In this document: piece after piece, positions 56,660 to 64,000 of the stretch
How positions within the stretch are numbered: position 1 is the first letter of the stretch
Layout of the letters: every line of letters begins with the position of its first letter
Source of the DNA: an uncultured Gemmatimonadales bacterium
GTDB taxonomy: Bacteria > Gemmatimonadota > Gemmatimonadetes > Gemmatimonadales > Gemmatimonadaceae
Direction: 5' to 3'
Assembly (NCBI GenBank): GCA_963701965.1
Contig: OY969695.1
Location: 2,944,001-3,008,000 of the forward strand
Length of the DNA stretch: 64,000 nt
Translations under genes and position numbers: made by a program
Notes under the pieces: generated by a model
The model's input: the letters and a program-made list of their open reading frames with translations, nothing else
What the model was told of the DNA's origin: nothing
The model's database searches: none

Positions 56660-57046
56660 TTAGTCAGGACGCCCGGGCTTACCGGGCACGGGTGCGAGGA
56701 ACGCAGACGACAGCTCGCCCACGCCCCACGTATAGCTGTTGTACGCCGAGGAAGTTTCCCCGCCGTCGACGATCACGGTCACGGTTTTGAGTTGCGACCG
56801 ATATCCGTAGTGTTCCGCCGCGTACTGGGCGACCGTTCGGCCGAGCAGCCTCGGGTCGCTGGTGTCCGCGGGTACGACCAGCACCAGTTCGTTCCAGTGG
56901 TTGACGGAGACCAGAATTGGCCGGTGAAACTGCCCTTTCATCTCCCTCGCCAGGGTGGTGACGCCCCGGACCGGCTGGCACGCGGCCAGACAGATGAGTA
57001 CGCCAAAAATGACGCCCGAGGGGTTGGTCCGTCGCATACTTTTCAT
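56660..57046 (-). CDS. putative lipoprotein
   Basis: Signal with lipobox LAAC. Confidence 0.6.
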   Translation of the reverse strand: MKSMRRTNPSGVIFGVLICLAACQPVRGVTTLAREMKGQFHRPILVSVNHWNELVLVVPADTSDPRLLGRTVAQYAAEHYGYRSQLKTVTVIVDGGETSSAYNSYTWGVGELSSAFLAPVPGKPGRPD

Positions 57047-57206
57047 GGACGGGTAGCGGGGTCCACACGCAACGACGGGTGGGAAGAAAAAACATTTGTA
57101 CGCGCGGCAAAAAACTACGCCGCCGAGGCTGCTCATTGATTATCTTGTCTCGATCTGATGGCCGGCGATTCGAGCCGCCGGCACACCACTTAACCGGTAT
57201 CGAATA

Positions 57207-58124
57207 GTGAAGCATGCCAAGGCGACGGCCGGACACCTCACGCAGCCGGCCGCCGGCGGGGACGTTCCAGGAGCGGACATCCTCGACCTGTACATTGAAG
57301 AGCTGCGTCGTACTCCCGTGATTTCCGCGCAGGCGCAGAAGGATCTCGCCCGGCGCATGCGCAATACTCGCGTGTCCGTCGCCGATCGTGCGCGCGCGCG
57401 CGAGGAGCTGATCACGGCGAACCTCCGGTTCGCTTTCTCGGTGGCCAAGAAATACCAGAACCGCGGTCTCCCGCTCGATGATCTCATCAGCGAGGCGAAC
57501 GCGGGACTGTGCCGGGCCGCCGACAAGTACGACCCCGATGTCGGCGTGAACTTCATCTCGTACGCCGTGTGGTGGATCAAGCAGGCGATTCTCTCGTCGA
57601 TCACCACGACGGGTCGGTCGGTGCGTCTGCCCCTCGGCCGCGCCGCCGATGTGGCGCGTCTGGGCAAAGCGCAGACGGCGCTCCGTCAGGCGCTGAATCG
57701 CGAGCCCACGGTCGACGAAGTGGCGCGCGTGTGCGGCCTGTCGGTCGAGATGGTGCAGAGCCTCTCCGCCCTCGCCTATCCCGAGCGCTCGCTCGACGAG
57801 CCCGTGTCGCGCAATGGCGCCGAGGACGGCGGCGCCACGCTGGCGAATTTCGTCGCCAGCGAGGATGACGATGGCCTCCCGCCGGGATTCGACGAGCGGG
57901 CGCGCCGCGAGGCGCTGTGGCAGGCACTCGAAGAGCTGCCGCCGCGCGATCGACGCATCCTGGCGCTGTACTACGGCCTGGAGACCGGCGAGCCGCTCAC
58001 GCTCGAAGAGATCGGACAGATCTTCGGCGTGAGCCGCGAGCGGGTCCGCCAGCTGCGCGATCGCGCGCTGGCGCGCGTCCGCCGCGGTGTCGCCGCGTCT
58101 ACTTTGCGGGACTGGGCGGCGTAG
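57207..58124 (+). CDS. RpoD/RpoS-family sigma-70 factor (no region 1.1)
   Basis: ANLRFAFSVAKKYQNRGL, FISYAVWWIKQAI, TLEEIGQIFGVSRERVRQL. Confidence 0.93.
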   Translation: MKHAKATAGHLTQPAAGGDVPGADILDLYIEELRRTPVISAQAQKDLARRMRNTRVSVADRARAREELITANLRFAFSVAKKYQNRGLPLDDLISEANAGLCRAADKYDPDVGVNFISYAVWWIKQAILSSITTTGRSVRLPLGRAADVARLGKAQTALRQALNREPTVDEVARVCGLSVEMVQSLSALAYPERSLDEPVSRNGAEDGGATLANFVASEDDDGLPPGFDERARREALWQALEELPPRDRRILALYYGLETGEPLTLEEIGQIFGVSRERVRQLRDRALARVRRGVAASTLRDWAA

Positions 58125-59676
58125 GAGCCGCTTTCGCCGAGAAACTGGGTCGCGCGATCGCGTACACCGCGATCTCGCCGACCGTGAAGTCGGGCCGCGC
58201 ATGCGCCGCAACCTCGCGGTGCATGCGCGGATCGTTTCCGGCCACGATCACGTAGTCATACTCGTCCGTCACCCGCGACCAGTCCACCGCGTCGGTGTCC
58301 CGCGTCATGCCACCGCTCCACCCGCCCGGCGGCGGGTAGAGATGCGCCGTCTCCTGGAAGTACGGCATGAACGTCTGGGGTGGGGCGCCGCCGCCATCCC
58401 CGCCAAAGTTGAAGAGCGACGGGACGCGCCCGCCGTTCTCGATCTGGTACCAGAACGCGAAGTGGCGGTACGGGATCACCCGCGGGCCCCAGCGCTGCTC
58501 GTCGGCGACGACCGGAAAGACGTTGCGCCCAGGCGGGAGCCGCTCGAGCGCCGTCGCGTAGTCGTCCAACTCCCGGTCGATCGTGTGGACGCCGCGGGAG
58601 AGGATGACGCTGTTGATCACGGAGCCGACGAGAAGGGCGACCAGCACGCTGGTGCGAACCCGATTCCCGCTCCACTCGGCCATGCAAAATGGCAGGAGAA
58701 ACGCGGGCATGAGCCACCGCATGTCGAGGTAGCCGGTGCCCCACATGTTGGGCGGAAAGATGAGATACAGGGCGACGAACGCCGCCACCGCGAGGCCCCA
58801 GGTGCCGATCCAGTGGGGGCGGGGGTTCGTACGGAGAAACAACACCAGGGCGCCGAGGTAGGTGACGACGGACACCAGCGCCTGGCCATAGCCGTACACG
58901 TAGAATGGCGTGAGGATGTTCCGGAGCTTGGACCACGGCGTGCCGAGGTAGAGCGCGCCGGGATGCGCGTCGGGCGGTATGGGCGGGAGGAGGGAGTTGG
59001 AGATCAGAACGAAGAGGCCGAGGATCGCGGTCATGAGGAGCACCCCGCGCCACCGCTTGTCCTTGTGCTCGCGCCGGTCGTACCACACCGCCAGCATCAT
59101 GTCGAGCCAGATCACGACCAGGATCATGAGCGGCGCCGACAGATGGAACAGGAACGTGGCCAGCAGTCCCAGCGTGAGTCCGGTCCATCGCGCCGGTGAG
59201 AGCGCCTTCCGGTGGGGCCACCAGGCCGCGAGCCACGCCATCGTGAGCCCCAGCCCGACGGTGTAGCTCATGAAGCCGACGTGCGTAAAGAATCCGAAGC
59301 CCAGAACGACGCCGACCAATGCCCAGCCGCGGTTGACCGTCCCGGTGGCGGCCAGCAGCAGATAAAATCCGATGGGGATCGCCGACACGACGAGCACGGC
59401 GATCACTTTGAGCGTCGCGGCGGGGGACAGGACCGTCGCCAGAACGGCGCCGATGAGATCGAGACCGAGATAGGGGCCCGGGATCGGCCGCATCTCAATG
59501 TACGGCACGCCGTGACCGCTCCACGCGCGCGCCATGAGCACGTAGCGCGTGAGGTGGTCGACGGAGTCCTCGAACGGGAAGTTGTTCCGGACCGCGAGCA
59601 CGATCGCGATGTTCACCGCGAGACCGATCAGAAACACGGTCAACTCGGGGGTCAGGCGCAAGGAGCGGGTATTCAT
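58099..59676 (-). CDS. multi-pass membrane protein (GT-C-like architecture possible)
   Basis: About 11 hydrophobic segments, N-terminal loop PFEDSVDH, soluble C-terminal domain. Confidence 0.75.
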   Translation of the reverse strand: MNTRSLRLTPELTVFLIGLAVNIAIVLAVRNNFPFEDSVDHLTRYVLMARAWSGHGVPYIEMRPIPGPYLGLDLIGAVLATVLSPAATLKVIAVLVVSAIPIGFYLLLAATGTVNRGWALVGVVLGFGFFTHVGFMSYTVGLGLTMAWLAAWWPHRKALSPARWTGLTLGLLATFLFHLSAPLMILVVIWLDMMLAVWYDRREHKDKRWRGVLLMTAILGLFVLISNSLLPPIPPDAHPGALYLGTPWSKLRNILTPFYVYGYGQALVSVVTYLGALVLFLRTNPRPHWIGTWGLAVAAFVALYLIFPPNMWGTGYLDMRWLMPAFLLPFCMAEWSGNRVRTSVLVALLVGSVINSVILSRGVHTIDRELDDYATALERLPPGRNVFPVVADEQRWGPRVIPYRHFAFWYQIENGGRVPSLFNFGGDGGGAPPQTFMPYFQETAHLYPPPGGWSGGMTRDTDAVDWSRVTDEYDYVIVAGNDPRMHREVAAHARPDFTVGEIAVYAIARPSFSAKAAPTPPSPAK

Positions 59677-59724
59677 ACGCTTGGGGTCCCGTTGCAAGAC
59701 TCGCGCTCGGTCGTCCCGGATCGT

Positions 59725-61437
59725 ATGAAGTTAGCGGCGCGCCGCGGGGGAAGTACGATCGCCCAGCGCTTGTGGGCGGGGTTCGCGGGTCTACTCGTCC
59801 TCCTGGTGCTGGCGGGTACCCTGGGTTGGTCGACCCTGCATGCGCTGTCGGCGGCCGTCCGCGCGACGGTCGAGGCGTCCCAAGGCGACGCCCAGCTGGC
59901 GTCCCGGTTGTCGAGCGACGTGGCCCGCGAGGTGGACGCGGCGGGGCGCCTGCTCGACGTCCACGAGGAGTCGGTGGAGGGGGAGTACCGCTCCCTCGGC
60001 GAGCGCGCGCACGCGATCCAACACGCCATGGCCATGCGGCCCGGGCTCACGCCGGTCGAGATGGCGCTGTTGTCGGACATCGACGACAAGCTGTCGCAGG
60101 TCGAGGTGGGCTTCGCGTTGGCGCACGTGCTGCACGACCTGGGGCGCACGGAGGCGGCGATGACGGAGCGCTCGGGCGCGCGGCCGTTGGTGCGCGCCGT
60201 GCTCGACGACCTGGATCGGCTGGCGCAGCTCAAGGCGCGGCAGGAGATGGACACGTCGGAGCGCTTGAGCGACAATGCATCGCATCGCGCGCTCGTGTTT
60301 CTGGCGGCGATCCTGGCGGCGCTGGTGTTGGCATGGGTCATCGTGCGATCGACGGTCCGGGGCATCGCCCGGCCGCTGCACCAACTGCTGGCGCACGCGG
60401 GGCGGTTGCGGGACGGAGACCTGACGTCGCGGATCACGACGACGCTCCCCGGCGAATTCGAGACGCTGGCGACGGCGCTCAACAAAACGGCGGAGTCGCT
60501 GGCCCGTATCGTCGGGGTGGCGACAATGACGGCGGAGAGCGTCGCCAAGTCGGCGCACGAGCTGTCGACGGCGGCGGGCCAGATCTCGCAGGCGGCGTCG
60601 CAGACGGCGGACTCAATGGGCGAGGTCACGATCGGGGCGTCGAGCCAGGTCGAGGCGCTGCACCAGATCGACGGCGTGCTGCGGGGCATCACGGAGCGCG
60701 CCGACGGCGTGCGGTCGGGGGTCGAAGCCGTGGGGCAGTTGGCGGCGGGCGTCGCCGAGTCGGCGACCGCGAAACGCAATGAGGTGGAGCGGGCGCTCGG
60801 CATCCTGACCGACGTGCGCGAGACGGTGCGGCACGCCGCGGCGGAGGTGGCGGCGCTCATGGCCAGCACGGACAATGTGAACCGGTTCGCGGAGTTGGTG
60901 CGCGGCATCGCCAATCAGACCAATCTCCTGGCGCTGAACGCCGCCATCGAGGCGGCGCGCGCCGGCGAGGCGGGGCGGGGGTTTCGCGTAGTGGCCGACG
61001 AAGTGCGCGCGTTGGCCACCCAGGCGCGCGACGCGGCGGACGACATCGCGCGGACGACCGCGTTGGTGGGCGAGCGGGTGGCGGCGACGACGCGGGCCAT
61101 GGAGGCAGGGGTCGCGCGGGTGGCCGAGATCGAGCAGGTGGCCCGCGACATCGACGGAGCGCTGGCGACCATCGGCGAGTTCGCGGGACGGACGCGCGCG
61201 GCGGCGACCGGGGTCGCGGAGTCGGCGGTGTACAATATGACGGCGGTCCAGGAGGCGGTGACCGGCTTGAGCTCGATCGCGCGCACGGCCGAAGGGTACG
61301 CGGCGGCGGCCGAGCAGGTGTCCGCGTCGACGCAGGAGCAGAGCGCGGCGTGCGAGCAGATGACGTCGGCGTCGGCCGAGTTGCTCGACGGCAGCACGCA
61401 ACTCCGCGAGATCGTCCGCACGCTGCGCGTCGCGTAG
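59725..61437 (+). CDS. methyl-accepting chemotaxis protein
   Basis: 2 [43 protein letters not shown]. Confidence 0.95.
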   Translation: MKLAARRGGSTIAQRLWAGFAGLLVLLVLAGTLGWSTLHALSAAVRATVEASQGDAQLASRLSSDVAREVDAAGRLLDVHEESVEGEYRSLGERAHAIQHAMAMRPGLTPVEMALLSDIDDKLSQVEVGFALAHVLHDLGRTEAAMTERSGARPLVRAVLDDLDRLAQLKARQEMDTSERLSDNASHRALVFLAAILAALVLAWVIVRSTVRGIARPLHQLLAHAGRLRDGDLTSRITTTLPGEFETLATALNKTAESLARIVGVATMTAESVAKSAHELSTAAGQISQAASQTADSMGEVTIGASSQVEALHQIDGVLRGITERADGVRSGVEAVGQLAAGVAESATAKRNEVERALGILTDVRETVRHAAAEVAALMASTDNVNRFAELVRGIANQTNLLALNAAIEAARAGEAGRGFRVVADEVRALATQARDAADDIARTTALVGERVAATTRAMEAGVARVAEIEQVARDIDGALATIGEFAGRTRAAATGVAESAVYNMTAVQEAVTGLSSIARTAEGYAAAAEQVSASTQEQSAACEQMTSASAELLDGSTQLREIVRTLRVA

Positions 61438-61439
61438 TC

Positions 61440-62042
61440 GTGGAGCACGTCGCCCTGCCAAAGGTCTTGCTCCCCGGCCTGCCCGGTCCGTGGGTCCTGC
61501 TGGCCATCGCGGCGGCGCTCGTCGGGCTGCTTTGGTATCTCGTGCGGATACCGCGCGACTATCCGTTCCGTAGCGCGTTGCTCTCGTTGGGCGCTTTGGC
61601 GCTGGCCGGCGTGATCATCGCCGCGATGGCTGCGTTGGGTCACGCCGGGTCCATCACGCGCAATCTGGATGCCGCCGTGCACTCGGTGGCCGCCCGCACG
61701 CTCGCGGCACGCCGCATCGCGCCGCTCACGGACTACGTCCCGGCTTTTCCCGGCGCCGACACCGCCGTGCGCCGCGAGCAACCGGCGCTCAACGGACTGC
61801 CGGCGGGCACGATCTGGGACGAGACGGCGACACGGTCGATCTCCAATGTCGTCCGCTACTATGGCGACGGGGCACACCACGCGGGATGGCAGGTCGAATT
61901 CTCCGCGCCCACCGGCGTCGTCCTCCATCGCACCACGACCGCGCTGGGCCAACCGGCCGACGAACGCCTGCGCATCCAGGCGAGCGAAGCGTCCGACGAC
62001 CACACCCGTATCGAGTTCGAGCTGACGCGCCGACTCAAGTAA
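61440..62042 (+). CDS. hypothetical membrane protein
   Basis: Two N-terminal TMs; starts 2 nt after MCP stop. Confidence 0.65.
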   Translation: MEHVALPKVLLPGLPGPWVLLAIAAALVGLLWYLVRIPRDYPFRSALLSLGALALAGVIIAAMAALGHAGSITRNLDAAVHSVAARTLAARRIAPLTDYVPAFPGADTAVRREQPALNGLPAGTIWDETATRSISNVVRYYGDGAHHAGWQVEFSAPTGVVLHRTTTALGQPADERLRIQASEASDDHTRIEFELTRRLK

Positions 62043-62084
62043 GGCGCCCTTGACTTCGCCAGTCCCGCGCCGAAACTAGGCGTC

Positions 62085-63377
62085 GTGAAGATCACTCCTC
62101 TGCTGGCGCTATGTCTCCTGGCCGGGAGTTTGTCGGCGCAGGCCGATACGACCCACGAGACGGCGATCCGCGCGGGGCGATTCATCGACACCGAGCGCGG
62201 CGTCGTGCTCACCGACCAACTGGTGGTCGTGCGCGGTGAGCGCGTGGCGTCGGTGAGCGCGTGGTCGGGGCGGGCGCCGGCGGGCGCGCGGGTGATCGAC
62301 CTGTCGAAATACACGGTGAGCCCGGGGCTCATCGATTGTCACACGCATCTCGCCGACAACGTCGAGTCGCAGGACGTGCTCGATCCGCTGGAGCACTCCG
62401 AGGCGCAGATGGCGTATATCGGGATCCGCAACGCGCGAGTCACGTTGATGGCCGGCTTCACGGCGGTCCGGGACGTCGGCGTCTATCGGGCATTCACCGA
62501 CGTCGCCCTGCGCGATGCCATCAACGATGGCACCGTGCTGGGCCCGCGGATGCTGGTCGCCGGGGCGTACGTGACGTCGTCAACGGGCGGCGGCGAAGTG
62601 AGCGGGTTCGCGCCCGACATCACGCTGCCGGCGACGTTTCGCGTCGGCGTGGCCAACACGCCGGACGAAGTGCGCGAGAAAGTCCGCATCATCCTGCACG
62701 GCGGCGCCGACTTCATCAAGATCATCGCCACCGGCGCGGTGCTCACCGCGGGAACGAATCCGGGCGCCAGCGAGATGTCGGAAGAGATGATGCACGCCGC
62801 CGTCGACGAGGCCGCCAAGTACGGAACGTTCGTGGCGGCCCACGCGCACGGGGCCGAAGGCATCAAAGAGGCCGTGCGCGCCGGCGTGCGGTCGATCGAG
62901 CACGGGTCGCTCATCGACAATGAAGGCATTGCACTCATGCGCCAGCACGGCACCTATCTCGTCGCCGACATCTACGACGGCGACTGGATCGAAGAGGAAG
63001 GCAAGAAGCACGGATGGCCGGCCGAGATCATGCGGAAGAACGAAGAGACGACGCTCGCCCAGCGGCAGGGATTCAAGAAAGCCGTCGCCGCCGGCGTCAA
63101 GATCGCGTTCGGTACCGACGCCGGCGTGTATCCTTACGGCACGGATGCGATGCAACTCCCTTATATGGTGCGGTGGGGCATGACGCCCATGGGCGCCATC
63201 CAATCGGCGACGATCGACGCCGCGCGGCTCATGCGGTGGGAAGATCGCGTCGGATCCATCGCGCCCGGCAAATACGCCGATATTATCGCCGTCGAGGGTG
63301 ACGGCCTCGCCGATCTCGGCCGCTACATGCATGTCGCCTTCGTCATGAAGGGCGGTGCCATAGTAAAAGCTCCATGA
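62085..63377 (+). CDS. secreted amidohydrolase-family metallohydrolase (Xaa-Pro dipeptidase-like)
   Basis: PGLIDCHTH, GADFIK, AAHAHG, SIEHGS, FGTDAG, GKYADII. Confidence 0.92.
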   Translation: MKITPLLALCLLAGSLSAQADTTHETAIRAGRFIDTERGVVLTDQLVVVRGERVASVSAWSGRAPAGARVIDLSKYTVSPGLIDCHTHLADNVESQDVLDPLEHSEAQMAYIGIRNARVTLMAGFTAVRDVGVYRAFTDVALRDAINDGTVLGPRMLVAGAYVTSSTGGGEVSGFAPDITLPATFRVGVANTPDEVREKVRIILHGGADFIKIIATGAVLTAGTNPGASEMSEEMMHAAVDEAAKYGTFVAAHAHGAEGIKEAVRAGVRSIEHGSLIDNEGIALMRQHGTYLVADIYDGDWIEEEGKKHGWPAEIMRKNEETTLAQRQGFKKAVAAGVKIAFGTDAGVYPYGTDAMQLPYMVRWGMTPMGAIQSATIDAARLMRWEDRVGSIAPGKYADIIAVEGDGLADLGRYMHVAFVMKGGAIVKAP

Positions 63378-63788
63378 TGATGCCGATCACCGAATGGGCG
63401 GACGTCGACGCCCTGCTGACGTCGTTCACTCCGTACTACTTGACCGCGGGGGTTGGTCTGTTCATCGCCGCGGTCCAGTCCAGCGGCAAGCCCGCGCGCG
63501 TGCACCCGTGGGAGTGGGCCGCCCTGTTGGCACCCTTCGTCGTCTGGGGCATCGTGTTCACCCTTCCGGCCGTCGGCGCCGGACGGACGCCGCTCGACAA
63601 TGTCGGCGAAGCCATCTACGTCGGCCTGGCCACGAGCGCGTCTGGCGTTGCTCGTGCGGTGGATCGGCCCGCGGTACATGCCCGCCGCCGTCGCCCGCGT
63701 GGCGTTCGTGTGCGCGGCCTGCGCCGCCGCGATACTCATCGCCGTCTTCGCGCCGTCGTTTCCCAGGGGCACGCAGTGGCACTCCTGA
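63374..63788 (+). CDS. small multi-pass membrane protein; frameshift near 63641
   Basis: ATGA overlap; hydrophobic frame MMMPITEW...YVGLATSA continues as LALLVRWIGPRY...GTQWHS after a 1-nt shift. Confidence 0.55.
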
Positions 63789-63796
63789 CGCGCCAA

Positions 63797-64000
63797 ATGC
63801 TGCCGCTCATGCTGGCGCTGGCGACGGTCGCCCGCGCGCAGCCGCCGCGCCGCGCCGTCACCGTCGAGGATGTCTATCGAGAACGGGATGTCTCGGATCC
63901 TCAAATCAGTCCCGACGGCCAATGGGTCGCCTACACGGTGAGCATGCTCGACTCGGCGAAAGACGAGTCCGTGTCCGACGTGTGGATGACCAGCTGGGAT
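63797..64000 (+). CDS. S9-family peptidase N-terminus (3' partial)
   Basis: Signal peptide then VTVEDVY...VSDPQISPDGQWVAYTV, typical S9 propeller start. Confidence 0.75.
   Translation, partial: MLPLMLALATVARAQPPRRAVTVEDVYRERDVSDPQISPDGQWVAYTVSMLDSAKDESVSDVWMTSWD

Noticed and set aside
1..64000. CRISPR array, rRNA, tRNA or known riboswitch
   Set aside because: No regularly spaced repeat-spacer pattern or recognisable RNA gene found by eye; covariance-model scans were not run

Overview
High-GC bacterial chromosomal window. The gene repertoire resembles Gemmatimonadota, but that is an inference. No rRNA, tRNA, CRISPR array, integrase or transposase was recognised. (1) 1-~9.9 kb is an accessory conflict island. 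It holds the 3' end of an RHS protein with an unrecognised C-terminal tip, two mutually paralogous immunity candidates, a tandem array of diverged membrane-protein paralogs, three toxin-antitoxin-like modules (vapBC, DUF433/DUF5615 remnant, DUF6036-like nucleotidyltransferase plus HTH partner) and a 306-bp direct repeat bracketing a 3.5-kb segment. (2) 10-22 kb holds mixed enzymes and an ECF sigma/anti-sigma pair sharing a palindromic, apparently bidirectional promoter with a Tat-exported phosphoesterase-cupredoxin fusion. (3) 22.5-30.3 kb is the most striking locus: a self-contained gas vesicle operon (3x GvpF/L, GvpG, GvpK, 3x GvpA/J/S family). It has no gvpN, gvpO or gvpC, but embeds a tandem-duplicated Get3/ArsA-family ATPase with Get3-like rather than arsenic-type signatures, and it ends in a double-PAS histidine kinase. 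(4) 34.3-44.8 kb is an expanded kdp K+ uptake locus with split KdpD, an extra small membrane peptide before kdpF, a beta-barrel porin and an apparently dead kinase. (5) The remainder encodes secreted/beta-propeller proteins, peptidases, tatA, a ubiE-like methyltransferase, a sigma-70 factor, an MCP and an amidohydrolase. Several single-base frameshifts, many in short homopolymers, look like assembly errors. All family assignments come from motif recognition by eye, not database searches.
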